Part shown: piece after piece, positions 1 to 11,820 of the stretch
How positions within the stretch are numbered: the stretch's first letter is position 1
Layout of the letters: every line of letters begins with the position of its first letter
Source: Candidatus Marinacidobacterales bacterium
Lineage (GTDB): Bacteria > Acidobacteriota > Vicinamibacteria > Marinacidobacterales > SMYC01
Length of the DNA stretch: 64,000 nucleotides
Direction: 5' to 3'
Assembly: GCA_965224085.1 (NCBI GenBank)
Contig: CBDCYI010000009.1
Coordinates: 704,001 to 768,000, forward strand
Translations under genes and position numbers: made by a program
Notes under the pieces: generated by a model
Database searches by the model: none
Told to the model about the DNA's origin: nothing
Seen by the model: the letters and a program-made list of their open reading frames with translations, nothing else

Positions 1-217
1 CTCGGCGTACGGACGCCCGACACTTTGGCTAGCATCCAGACCAGCGACACGGAGATCAACGCCGGGGAACATCCCGGGCGCGAGCCAAAATGGTGCGGGC
101 TCGGCGTGGCCGGGAACGGCAACCGCTTCGGAAGGTCGGTGACGACCAAGCTCGCGAGCTTCGCGGGAATGTCGTTCGCCATGCCGCATTCTATAGCGGA
201 AGCCATTTCTGTCGCTC

Positions 218-1438
218 CTACAGGAATCGCGACGCTGAGACGGAGACGACGTCTCTCTTTTGTGCTTCAAGCTCGCCGTGTCGCTTCACGAGTTGAACGA
301 TGGGTATGCCTCCGAGCTTGGCCGCAAAAAGCCGATGGTGGCTCTCCACCGACGTCTTCCTCAGTTTGCATTCGAGCAAGCACCAGGGTTTGCGACGCCT
401 CGTAAGGAGGAAGTCAGTTTCCTTGCCGTCGCGCGTCCGTACGAAATGGAGTCCCCATTCGACGTCGCCGCTTTCCGTCCACAAGTGCGTCCGAGCGAGC
501 AGCTCTGACGCGACGAGATTCTCGAAGCGGGCGGCCGGATCTTCGATAGTGCTCCACTCGTATAGATAGATCTTGGACTCTCGCTTGACGGGCCGCGTCA
601 GTTTCCGAACATACGGTGTGAGCGCGAACGTTACCAGAAGCCGCTCGAGGTGATGCATCATGCCTTTGACGGTCGCGTGGGCCACTTCGAGATCCTCGCG
701 CACGGCGTTGATCGAGAACGACGATCCCACGCGCCACGGAATGAACTCGATGAGAGACTCGACGACATCGAGATCCCGCAAGCGCGTCAAGTCTCGAATG
801 TCGCCTCGAACGACGGCGTCGAGGTAGCTTCGGCGCCACAACGAGGCGAATCGACGGTTGGCTTTGAGGAGTGGCTCCGGGAAAGGTCCAAACTGAAACA
901 GCTGGTCGAAGCCGTCTTGCGCCGCTTTGGCGTCGTTACCGTGAAGGCGCTCCTCGATCCAGTGACGAGCGTCGGTCGGAGCCGTCGCCGCTGGTCGGCC
1001 GAGGAGCTCGCCTAGCAGGATCGTCGAGAGTCGGAACAGAAAATAGCGGCCCGCCGATGAATCGCCAGCACGACGAAAGAGCTCCAGGCGGGCGCTTCCA
1101 GTGACCAGGATGTGAAGGCGCTTAGCATCCTCGTCATAAACGCCCTTGAGGATGTTCTTCCACTGGCGTTGTTTGTGGATCTCGTCGAAGCAAATCCAGA
1201 GATTTCGACGACCCTTCGTCGCAGCTCGATAGAACAAACTGTCTTCCCGGTAGCGCTTGCGCGTTTCAGGAACGTCCCAGTTGAACAGCAAATGCTCAGA
1301 CCGGTGGCGCGCAAGGATTGTTCGCGCCAGAGTCGTTTTGCCCGACTGCCTTGGTCCCCCGACGAATCGCATTTTTGGGTCGAGAGCGCGGTCCTCGACG
1401 ATGGACGCAAGCCACCGTTCTATCATAGTATTTGACAT
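218..1438 (-). CDS. AAA+ ATPase with C-terminal DUF4143 (AAA_14/DUF4143 family)
   Basis: Walker A GPRQSGKT, Walker B CFDEIHK, LVTGSA, GPFPE, FENLVA, C-terminal PD-(D/E)XK-like ETDF...ECK. Confidence 0.9.
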   Translation of the reverse strand: MSNTMIERWLASIVEDRALDPKMRFVGGPRQSGKTTLARTILARHRSEHLLFNWDVPETRKRYREDSLFYRAATKGRRNLWICFDEIHKQRQWKNILKGVYDEDAKRLHILVTGSARLELFRRAGDSSAGRYFLFRLSTILLGELLGRPAATAPTDARHWIEERLHGNDAKAAQDGFDQLFQFGPFPEPLLKANRRFASLWRRSYLDAVVRGDIRDLTRLRDLDVVESLIEFIPWRVGSSFSINAVREDLEVAHATVKGMMHHLERLLVTFALTPYVRKLTRPVKRESKIYLYEWSTIEDPAARFENLVASELLARTHLWTESGDVEWGLHFVRTRDGKETDFLLTRRRKPWCLLECKLRKTSVESHHRLFAAKLGGIPIVQLVKRHGELEAQKRDVVSVSASRFL

Positions 1439-1463
1439 TATTACATATATATCAAAAAAAGAC

Positions 1464-1497
1464 GTGTCTAATTTAGATATATATCAAATATAGACAC
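1464..1497. promoter_or_regulatory. AT-rich imperfect palindrome upstream of the first AAA-DUF4143 gene, putative operator
   Basis: GTGTCTA-ATTTAGATATATATCAAATA-TAGACAC: 7-bp perfect outer arms plus inner GATAT/ATATC symmetry, 26 bp from the start codon. Confidence 0.6.
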
Positions 1498-1606
1498 AAT
1501 CTACACAATCGGGTTATCGGTCGAATGACTTTTGTTGCGGTCTCCCCTACAATCCTCGCTCTTGGGGCGTCACTGGGATATCAATCCCGAATCGAAAGGC
1601 AATCTC

Positions 1607-2398
1607 ATGAAGTCTGCACTTGTACTCTTACTGACGCTAGTCGCTGTCGCAGAGGCGCCCGATACGGTGTTTCTCGATGAGCTCACTTGGACCGAAGTTC
1701 GGGACAAGCTCGAGAGCGGCACGGACACGATTATCGTTGCCACCGCGGGAACGGAACAAAACGGCCCGCACATGGTGCTCGGCAAGCACAAGTTCATCAT
1801 CCGCGCTGCAGCGGAGCAGATCGCGCGCGAGCTCGGTAATACACTCGTCTCGCCGGTCATCACGCACGTTCCTGAAGGCGGCCTCGATCCGCCGACGGGT
1901 CACATGCGCTACAAGGGCGCCATCACGCTTCCGAATCCTTATTTCATGAAGCTCGTGGAATACACCGCCCGGAGCCACAAGGCGTCCGGTTTTACGAAGA
2001 TCGTGTTCATCGGCGATAGCGGTGGCAATCAGCGCGGCATGAAGGAAGTAGCGGATGTGCTCAACGAGGAGTGGCGCGGCGGTCCGACGCGCGTGCTCTT
2101 CGTCGCGGATTACTACTCGAATAACGGTTTTCGCGAGTGGCTCGAATCACAGGGCCAGGACGCGGTGTCCATCGGTCGACACGCCGGTATCTCCGACACG
2201 TCACAGCTCCTCGCGGTGGCGCCCCAGCATATCCGCCTCGATGAACGGAAGCCGGGTGGTGGGTTCGAAGGCAGCGGCGTGAGCGGCGACCCGAGCAAAG
2301 CCTCCGCTGAGTACGGCAAGAAAGGCATCGCGCTCAAGGTCGAGACCGCCGTCCGTGAGATCAAGAGGATGATTGCCGAGGCGGAGGCATCGAGATAG
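1607..2398 (+). CDS. Creatininase/creatinine amidohydrolase family protein with N-terminal signal peptide
   Basis: LDELTWTEV, GTEQNGPHM, GHM..G.ITL, IGDSGGN, HAGISDTS, G.SGDP; hydrophobic leader MKSALVLLLTLVAVAEA. Confidence 0.85.
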   Translation: MKSALVLLLTLVAVAEAPDTVFLDELTWTEVRDKLESGTDTIIVATAGTEQNGPHMVLGKHKFIIRAAAEQIARELGNTLVSPVITHVPEGGLDPPTGHMRYKGAITLPNPYFMKLVEYTARSHKASGFTKIVFIGDSGGNQRGMKEVADVLNEEWRGGPTRVLFVADYYSNNGFREWLESQGQDAVSIGRHAGISDTSQLLAVAPQHIRLDERKPGGGFEGSGVSGDPSKASAEYGKKGIALKVETAVREIKRMIAEAEASR

Positions 2399-2412
2399 AC
2401 AAACTCTTCGAA

Positions 2413-5232
<2,820 letters not shown>

Positions 5233-5244
5233 AATAGACGACTT

Positions 5245-6384
5245 ATGAAACTCGACAGCCAGCGCCACCTCTTCGACATCCCCGATGACATTACTTACTT
5301 GAACTGCGGCTATATGTCGCCGCTGATGCACGCGGTACGAGATGCAGGCGTCGCTGGGTTGACGCGCAAATGCCAACCGTGGACGATCTCTGCTCGCGAT
5401 TTCTACACCGGGTCCGACGCTCTCAGGGACGCGTTTGCGTCGCTAGTGCACGCCGAGCCTGAAGACATTGCCATCGAGCCGTCGGCGAGCTACGGGATGT
5501 CCACCGCCGCTAGGAATCTCCCGCTCTCGAAAGGGCAAAGTGTCATTGTCGTCGAGGATCAGTTTCCGTCACACGTCTATCCGTGGCGAGAGCGCGCCAA
5601 GGACGTCGGCGCCGAGGTCCGCACGCTGAAGCGCCCGAAGGACGACGATTGGAACGAGACCGTGCTCGCGGCCATCGACAGCACGACGGCCGTTTTGGCG
5701 CTCCCTCAGTGTCACTGGACCGACGGGGGCTTGTTCGACCTCGAACGGTTGTCTTCCGTTTGCCGCCAGAAGAGTATCGGGCTCGCGCTTGATGTGACGC
5801 AGTCCGCCGGGGCCTACCCTATCGACGTGCGAGCCATTCAGCCTGACTTCATGACCGCGGCAACCTACAAATGGCTCATGGGCCCGTACTCGCTTGGCTT
5901 GCTCTACGTCTCGAAGCGCTGGCAAGAAGAGGGGCGGCCCATCGAGCACAATTGGGTCCACCGCAAGAACGCTGAGAATTTTGCGCGGCTCGTCGACTAT
6001 GAGGACGCGTATGAGGCGGGTGCGGTGCGTTTCGACGTTGGCGAACGTTCGAATTTCGCGCTCGTCCCCGCGGCCGAAGCGGGTATTCGGCAGCTTCTGA
6101 CTTGGGGCGTCGAGAACATTGCCGAGACGCTTTCCGGCCTGACGGCATCCATCGCCGAGCGCGCGCGTGACTTGGGGCTCGACTCCGTGCCCGCGGACAA
6201 ACGCGCGGGCCACTATCTCGGTTTGAAGAGGGCCGGCGGTCTCCCCGAGGATCTATTGGCCAAGCTGGCAGAGCGCCGCGTATACTTGAGCGTGCGCGGC
6301 CCTTCGATTCGGGTGACGCCGAATGTCTTCAACGACGCTCGCGATGCGGACCGTTTATTGGCCGCACTCGAAGAGGTCTTGTAA
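5245..6384 (+). CDS. PLP-dependent aminotransferase class V (cysteine desulfurase/kynureninase-like)
   Basis: YLNCGYMSP, LDVTQS, PLP lysine in TYKWLMGP, C-terminal SIRVTP. Confidence 0.88.
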   Translation: MKLDSQRHLFDIPDDITYLNCGYMSPLMHAVRDAGVAGLTRKCQPWTISARDFYTGSDALRDAFASLVHAEPEDIAIEPSASYGMSTAARNLPLSKGQSVIVVEDQFPSHVYPWRERAKDVGAEVRTLKRPKDDDWNETVLAAIDSTTAVLALPQCHWTDGGLFDLERLSSVCRQKSIGLALDVTQSAGAYPIDVRAIQPDFMTAATYKWLMGPYSLGLLYVSKRWQEEGRPIEHNWVHRKNAENFARLVDYEDAYEAGAVRFDVGERSNFALVPAAEAGIRQLLTWGVENIAETLSGLTASIAERARDLGLDSVPADKRAGHYLGLKRAGGLPEDLLAKLAERRVYLSVRGPSIRVTPNVFNDARDADRLLAALEEVL

Positions 6385-6399
6385 AATACCGCGCGTCCG

Positions 6400-7278
6400 A
6401 TGAAGGTCTATCTCGACGCCGTCCGCGAAGTGCTCGAGACCGGCACGCGCAAGGAAAGCCGCACCGGGGTGGATACGCTCTCGACGTTCAACGTTCATTA
6501 TGAAATCGATCTCGCCGAGGGCTTCCCGCTTCTAACGACGAAGAAGATCTCGTGGAAGAACATCGTCGTGGAGAACTTGTGGTTTCTATCGGGCGATCGC
6601 CATATCGGGCTTCTGAAGAAACACGGCTGCAAGTTCTGGGATCCTTGGGCGGATGAAGAAGGCCGTGTGCCGAGCGCCTATGGCAACTTCTGGCGTCATT
6701 TTCCCGTGCACGAATCGGGGGAAGCGCGCTTCAACGACCAAATCGCGTGGGTCCTCGCCGAGATCGAGCGAAACCCGATGTCGCGCCGCCTGGTCGTCAC
6801 GGCATGGGCGCCGGGCAACGCTCAGACGAGCCAGCTCCCGCCCTGCCACTGCTTCTTCGTGCTCAACGTGCAGAATCACCCAGACGGTGAGCCTCGGCTC
6901 AATCTTCACCTCACGCAGCGAAGCAACGACATCGGGCTCGGCGTTCCCTACAACATCGCAGGCTACAGTTTTCTCCTCGAGCTGTTCTCGCACTTTACCG
7001 GGATTCGGCCAGGCGTTTTCGGACAAGCGCTCGTCGACGCCCACATCTATACGGCGAAGGCGGACGGCTCGATGGCCGAGTACGACCACGTTCCCGGGCT
7101 AAAAGAGCAGCTGACGCGCGAGCCGCGCTCGTTGCCGAGACTTCGAATCTCGCCAGACTTGCGCTCGCTCGACGACATCGAGGCGCTTCTCCATGAAGAC
7201 ACCGAAACCGTGATGCGCCACTTCGAGCTGGAGGGCTACGACCCGCATCCGGCCATTGCCTTCAAGGTGGCTGTTTGA
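6400..7278 (+). CDS. thyA: Thymidylate synthase
   Basis: SRTGVDT, GFPLLTTKK, SRRLVVTAW, catalytic LPPCH, QRSND..LGVPYN, DAHIY, YDPHPAI. Confidence 0.96.
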   Translation: MKVYLDAVREVLETGTRKESRTGVDTLSTFNVHYEIDLAEGFPLLTTKKISWKNIVVENLWFLSGDRHIGLLKKHGCKFWDPWADEEGRVPSAYGNFWRHFPVHESGEARFNDQIAWVLAEIERNPMSRRLVVTAWAPGNAQTSQLPPCHCFFVLNVQNHPDGEPRLNLHLTQRSNDIGLGVPYNIAGYSFLLELFSHFTGIRPGVFGQALVDAHIYTAKADGSMAEYDHVPGLKEQLTREPRSLPRLRISPDLRSLDDIEALLHEDTETVMRHFELEGYDPHPAIAFKVAV

Positions 7279-7763
7279 GTCACGGCCGCGGAATCATTGC
7301 GGCGGTCTCACCCGAAGGCGTCATCGGCGTGGATGGTGGCATTCCGTGGCGCTACTCGGAAGACTTCAAGAGGTTCAAACGGCTCACGATCGGGACCACG
7401 ATCATCATGGGACGCCTCACGTGGGAGTCGCTCCCAAACAAGCCGCTCGTCGGTCGCCGAAACGTCGTGATCACGCGACGCCAAATCGAGGGTGTCGAGT
7501 GCTTTCCCGATATTGCATCAGCTCTCGCGATTTGCGAGGGCGATGTCTGGTTCATCGGAGGCGCACGCATCTATCAAGAGGCGATGCGCTTTGCCGACTT
7601 TATCGATTTGACCTATGTGCCCGATCGCGTCGAGACGCCAGGCGCGGTCTACTTTCCCGAGATCGACGAGGCGACGTGGGAAGCCGGACCGCTCGAGCCC
7701 GATCCGGAGAACAGCCAATTGAAGCGCCACGTCTATCGCCGCAGAAAGAGAGAGTCCACTTGA
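7275..7763 (+). CDS. folA: Dihydrofolate reductase
   Basis: IIAAV..GVIG...IPW..EDFKRFK, IMGRLTWES, LVGRRN, FIGGARIY; TTG start overlaps the thyA stop. Confidence 0.93.
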   Translation: MSHGRGIIAAVSPEGVIGVDGGIPWRYSEDFKRFKRLTIGTTIIMGRLTWESLPNKPLVGRRNVVITRRQIEGVECFPDIASALAICEGDVWFIGGARIYQEAMRFADFIDLTYVPDRVETPGAVYFPEIDEATWEAGPLEPDPENSQLKRHVYRRRKREST

Positions 7764-8155
7764 GTGATACGAAACACACCTTCGTGACGAGCGAGGATCT
7801 TCCGAGCCCTCTCGGACCTTATTCCCCCGGGGCCACTCTCGGCGAGCTCATCTTCGTTTCCGGCCAGGGCGCTGTCGACCCCAAGACCGGCGAGCTCGCG
7901 GGACATGATGTGGTGTCTCAGACGGAGCAAGTGTTCAAGAATATCGAGACCATCTTGAAGGCGGCTGGCTCCGACTTGAAGCACATCCTTCGCTGCGGCG
8001 TGTTCCTCGCCGATATCGACGAGTTCGCGAAGATGAACGGGGTCTACGAGCGCATGATGGATGGACACAAACCGGCACGCACGACCGTCCAAGCCGGGGC
8101 GCTTCCGATGAAGGGTCTGCGAGTGGAAATCGACGCCATCGCCTACAAGAAGTAG
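7760..8155 (+). CDS. RidA/YjgF/UK114 family reactive-intermediate deaminase
   Basis: PLGPYS, IFVSGQ, FAKMNGVY, PARTTVQ..LP, VEIDAIA; TTG start overlapping the folA stop (the longer ORF from 7256 is an extension). Confidence 0.9.
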   Translation: MSDTKHTFVTSEDLPSPLGPYSPGATLGELIFVSGQGAVDPKTGELAGHDVVSQTEQVFKNIETILKAAGSDLKHILRCGVFLADIDEFAKMNGVYERMMDGHKPARTTVQAGALPMKGLRVEIDAIAYKK

Positions 8156-8282
8156 GTCGCCCGTCGCCGCTCTAGACTAGCAGGCACACACATCCCTCGA
8201 CCCCACCGGGCTCGATGTGGCCGTGACGGGCGAGGTCGTCTCTGCCTTTCTCAAGGATGAGGTTTTGGAAACAGACACCATG

Positions 8283-9476
8283 CTATTTTCGATTCGCGAT
8301 GCGCTGCCGCCGGCCACTGCCTCGAAGAAGCTGCATGACCTTGCCTCCCTCGGCCAGTGAAGTGAGAGGCAAGACAGTGACACGCTCTGCGAGGGGGTAG
8401 ATCGTTTCCCCGGGATAGATCACCGCGAGGTGGTCGAGCGCGAGGTCCTCGAGCGCGATGTGCATCGAGCGTGTCATCCGCGAAGCATCGACTCGCTTGA
8501 GCTCGACACCGATCCGGCGTCCGTTCACGAAGAGCAGCAGGTCGAGCTCCGCGCCGCCGTGCGTTCCCCAGAAATAGAGGTCGTCCACATCTACGACCTT
8601 GAGAAGCTCTTCGAGCGCATAGCCCTCCCAGGATGCACCCGATTTCGGATGAGACAGTAGATCCTTGTGCGTCCGAATACCGAGAAGGTGATGGAGCAGA
8701 CCACTATCGCGCAAATACACTTTTGGGGATTTCACTTGCCGTTTCGCCAGATTCGCATGCCACGGTCTCAACTGCCGGACCATGAACAATCCGGCCAGCA
8801 AATCTAGGTAGCGTCGAACCGTGGGTTCGCTCACGCCGAGTGAGCGCGCGGGCTCGTCGGCGTTCCAGATTTGGCCGTGATAGTGGGCGAGCATCGTCCA
8901 GAATCGAAGTACCGCGACCGCGGGAATCGTGACACCGAGTTGTGGCAAATCCCGCTCGAGAAATGTCTGAACGAACAAGCGTCTCCAGCTGAAGCTGTCC
9001 TGAAGCGTTCGCGCCAGGTGTGAAAGAGGATAGCCTCCTCGTAACCAGTGTTGGGGAAGGGCATTTCCTCCCACTTCGCCAAGGCTGAACCCTGACAGGG
9101 TAATGGTCTCGATGCGTCCAGCCAGCGATTCGGAGGATTGGCGAATGAGCCCGGGAGACGCGCTTCCCAGAACAAGAAAACGGGCCGGTAGCGGTCTTCT
9201 GTCGACGAGAAACCTCAATATCTGGAAAAGCTCCGGCCGTCGCTGCACCTCATCGATGACCACCACCCCTCGGAGGCCGCGTAGGGAGGTCATCGGTTCG
9301 TCCAGCCGTGCGAGGCTCTCTGGTTCTTCCAGATCGAAGTAGTTGAGTGATTCCCCTGGGACAATTTGCCTCGCGAGAGTCGTCTTGCCGCATTGACGCG
9401 GACCGACCAGCGCGACGACGCGACTTCTTTTAAGCGCGCGCCGAATCTGCGAGACTGGGCCAGGGCGTCGAATCAC
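8283..9476 (-). CDS. Second AAA+ ATPase with DUF4143
   Basis: GPRQCGKT, VIDEVQ, LGSASP, ESLAGR, GGYP, KSPKVYLRDSG, GASWEG, ELDLL...ELK. Confidence 0.92.
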   Translation of the reverse strand: MIRRPGPVSQIRRALKRSRVVALVGPRQCGKTTLARQIVPGESLNYFDLEEPESLARLDEPMTSLRGLRGVVVIDEVQRRPELFQILRFLVDRRPLPARFLVLGSASPGLIRQSSESLAGRIETITLSGFSLGEVGGNALPQHWLRGGYPLSHLARTLQDSFSWRRLFVQTFLERDLPQLGVTIPAVAVLRFWTMLAHYHGQIWNADEPARSLGVSEPTVRRYLDLLAGLFMVRQLRPWHANLAKRQVKSPKVYLRDSGLLHHLLGIRTHKDLLSHPKSGASWEGYALEELLKVVDVDDLYFWGTHGGAELDLLLFVNGRRIGVELKRVDASRMTRSMHIALEDLALDHLAVIYPGETIYPLAERVTVLPLTSLAEGGKVMQLLRGSGRRQRIANRK

Positions 9477-9487
9477 CGGTCAAATTG

Positions 9488-9528
9488 TACCATGAAAAAC
9501 GAACGGATACTGTTCGATTTTCGCGGTA
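9488..9528. promoter_or_regulatory. Imperfect 41-bp palindrome upstream of the second AAA-DUF4143 gene
   Basis: TACC-ATG-AAAA-A-CGAAC...GTTCG-A-TTTT-CGC-GGTA, 12 bp from the start codon. Confidence 0.55.
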
Positions 9529-9549
9529 TACGTCACGCAACGCCACCAC

Positions 9550-9638
9550 TGTAATCCCCGAAAATTCCGGTGCTCCGGGGTTTAGCTTTTATCCTTAATC
9601 GTTTGATTTCAAATAGATCAGACTTTTCGGGGATTACA
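9550..9638. mobile_element. MITE-like element or internally deleted IS remnant with 15-bp perfect terminal inverted repeats
   Basis: TGTAATCCCCGAAAA (9550-9564) and TTTTCGGGGATTACA (9624-9638); AT-rich interior with an IHF consensus at 9596-9608. Confidence 0.65.
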
Positions 9639-9639
9639 A

Positions 9640-11820
9640 TCATTGTTCGGTGCTGCTCTCCTCGGTATCGACGAGGCGAACGGCCCAAAGACCGCTGTGG
9701 AAGTCCGCGAAGAAGATGTGCCCCTTGTGCGGTTGGGCACCCCAGACGAACGGGGCGTTCGGCACGAAGCCGGCGCTGTCGTCGGAGTAGAATTTCGCGA
9801 TCTCCCGCCCTTGACCGTACAAGTCGCCCAGCAACTCGCCGGAGACGTCGACTACCCGAAGGCCGGCATTGAAGTGGCCAACGTACATGACCTCCTGCTC
9901 CCAATCAATCCAGTAGTTGTGAGGCCCGGCCTCCGGAACCTGGTAGCGAGCCACTTCCCGCGGCCGCTCCTTATCGGTGAAGTCCGCGATATGGATCCAC
10001 CCCATCGCGCGGCTGGGTACGCGCTGTTTCCAGGAAATGATCTCCCCGGGCACGCGCGGGTTGAACGGGTGGGCTTCGTCCCCGGCGAAGACGTAGAACT
10101 TGCCGGCCGACTTGCTCTTAAACGGCCATACGGAGTGGTTCCAACCGGTGAGCTGAGGCAACCGGCTCATCTCGACGGGCCGTGCCGGCGAGCCGCCCAT
10201 GTCGCCGCCGCCGACGTCCAGGAGAATCAGCGAATCCGTGTTGCCTGCCTGGTAGGCGATCCCGTCGCGTACCCAAACGTCGTGTACGGATCGGCCCGGC
10301 GTCGAGGTCTCGAAACGAGCCGCGCGAGCCGGACTCTTCGGATCCTCGACGTTGATCACGTCCCACCGCCGGCCGTTGTTCACCGCGTAGATATGATTCT
10401 CATGAATGAAAACGTTGTGCACCCCGCCGGTGAGCTGATCGTCGTATCTGGACAGAATCGTGACGTTACGCGGATCGCTTACATCCAGAATGACGAGCCC
10501 GTTTTTCCGGTTGGAAGCGCCTTCGCGGCTGATCACGCAGATCCGACCGTCCTTGGAGACCTTGACGTCATTGACCGTCCTCGCGTCGACCTGCACGATG
10601 TCGATCCTCTGCATGTTGGCGGGATCGGTGACGTCGTAAAAGTAGGCGTGGCCATCGGCGTTCCACGTGCCGTGCACCGCGTAGTCTCGCCCGTCCACGC
10701 CCTCCCAGACCCAGAGGTCCGAGGTGACGCGGTCGCGTACGGGGGCATGACCCACGAACTCGACCCGCTTCTTCACGTTGCGAGGAGCGATCCGAACGGT
10801 CCGCTCCGCGACGAGAGTTCCGGACATGGCCACTACCGTGTAGAGGCCCGCCTGTTCCGCGACGAACCGCCCGTCTGGGGTTACCTGCGCCGGCGCCCCC
10901 GCCCCCACGGTCTCTGGCCGACTCGGATCGGAGAAGGCCTGGAGCGTGTAACGGATGGGCGCCTCGGCAACGGTCCTTTGCCCGCCGTCCCTGGCCACCG
11001 CCTCGAAATGGATCACGTCGCCGGTGCGCGCCGCGTCTCGAGAAGCGGTCAGCTCTAGCGAGCGGGCTGGATTCGCCTCGATCTTCAGCTCCATCTGCGC
11101 CGAGACGCCTTCGGCGGTGGTCGCGGTCAGCGTTACGCTTCCCGGTGCCAGCGCCGACAAGATTCCCGTTGCGTCCGATGGAAACAGCTCGGGTCGAGGA
11201 CGACGATACTGCGGGTGTGCGTCTGCCGAACCCTGAAAGGTGGGTCCGAAGCTCACAGCTCTTGCGATCGAAGGGTCGCTCACCGTTAGCTCCGCGCGAA
11301 CGTCTTGTCGATTCTGGTTGACATCGGTTCCCGTGACAGCAACGGGCACCACCGCGCCCACGTGGAGCCTTGCAGGGACGTCACCGAACTCGAGTCGTGC
11401 GAGGGGAGACGGCGTTACTTTGACGGGGACCGAGACGCGGATCCCGGGAACGCCGCGCAGCGACACGTCGGCTTCCAGACGTTCCGAGGGGCACAGCGCC
11501 ACGACGGTGTGCTCACCGGCGCGGCGGGCCTCCACCCTGCCCGCCGGCGTCACCGTCACCGAGGAGCGGCCGGTGGAGAAGAAGATCACCGGGGCATTCG
11601 GTAAGACGTTGCCGCTGGCGTCTTTGACCAGGGCCGTCAGTTGAGCCGTCTCGCCGGCCCTGAGTTCCAGTGAGCTCGGCGTCACTTCGATGGAATCGGG
11701 CGTGCCGGCGGGCTGCGTCGGCGCAGGTAGAGCCGCCGCCAAGGCACTCGGCATCGCCGCCAACATCAGCCAGCAGCATCGCGTCACAACGGGTCTCATC
11801 GTTTTGGCCTCCGACTTCAT
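9640..11820 (-). CDS. Secreted Ig-like (Big_2) + LVIVD-repeat beta-propeller protein, paralog A
   Basis: Signal peptide, Ig-like segments (IEVTPSSLEL..GETAQL), repeats LVILDVSDP, LILLDV, LRVVDVSG; ATG 11820 overlaps the upstream TGA (ATGA coupling). Confidence 0.85.
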   Translation of the reverse strand: MKSEAKTMRPVVTRCCWLMLAAMPSALAAALPAPTQPAGTPDSIEVTPSSLELRAGETAQLTALVKDASGNVLPNAPVIFFSTGRSSVTVTPAGRVEARRAGEHTVVALCPSERLEADVSLRGVPGIRVSVPVKVTPSPLARLEFGDVPARLHVGAVVPVAVTGTDVNQNRQDVRAELTVSDPSIARAVSFGPTFQGSADAHPQYRRPRPELFPSDATGILSALAPGSVTLTATTAEGVSAQMELKIEANPARSLELTASRDAARTGDVIHFEAVARDGGQRTVAEAPIRYTLQAFSDPSRPETVGAGAPAQVTPDGRFVAEQAGLYTVVAMSGTLVAERTVRIAPRNVKKRVEFVGHAPVRDRVTSDLWVWEGVDGRDYAVHGTWNADGHAYFYDVTDPANMQRIDIVQVDARTVNDVKVSKDGRICVISREGASNRKNGLVILDVSDPRNVTILSRYDDQLTGGVHNVFIHENHIYAVNNGRRWDVINVEDPKSPARAARFETSTPGRSVHDVWVRDGIAYQAGNTDSLILLDVGGGDMGGSPARPVEMSRLPQLTGWNHSVWPFKSKSAGKFYVFAGDEAHPFNPRVPGEIISWKQRVPSRAMGWIHIADFTDKERPREVARYQVPEAGPHNYWIDWEQEVMYVGHFNAGLRVVDVSGELLGDLYGQGREIAKFYSDDSAGFVPNAPFVWGAQPHKGHIFFADFHSGLWAVRLVDTEESSTEQ

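Noticed and set aside
1-182. Minus-strand ORF (MANDIPAKL...) running off the window start
   Set aside because: No recognisable motif in about 60 codons; cannot be supported.
7256-8155. 299-aa ORF suggesting an extended RidA
   Set aside because: The N-terminal part is an alternative frame of folA; RidA starts at TTG 7760.
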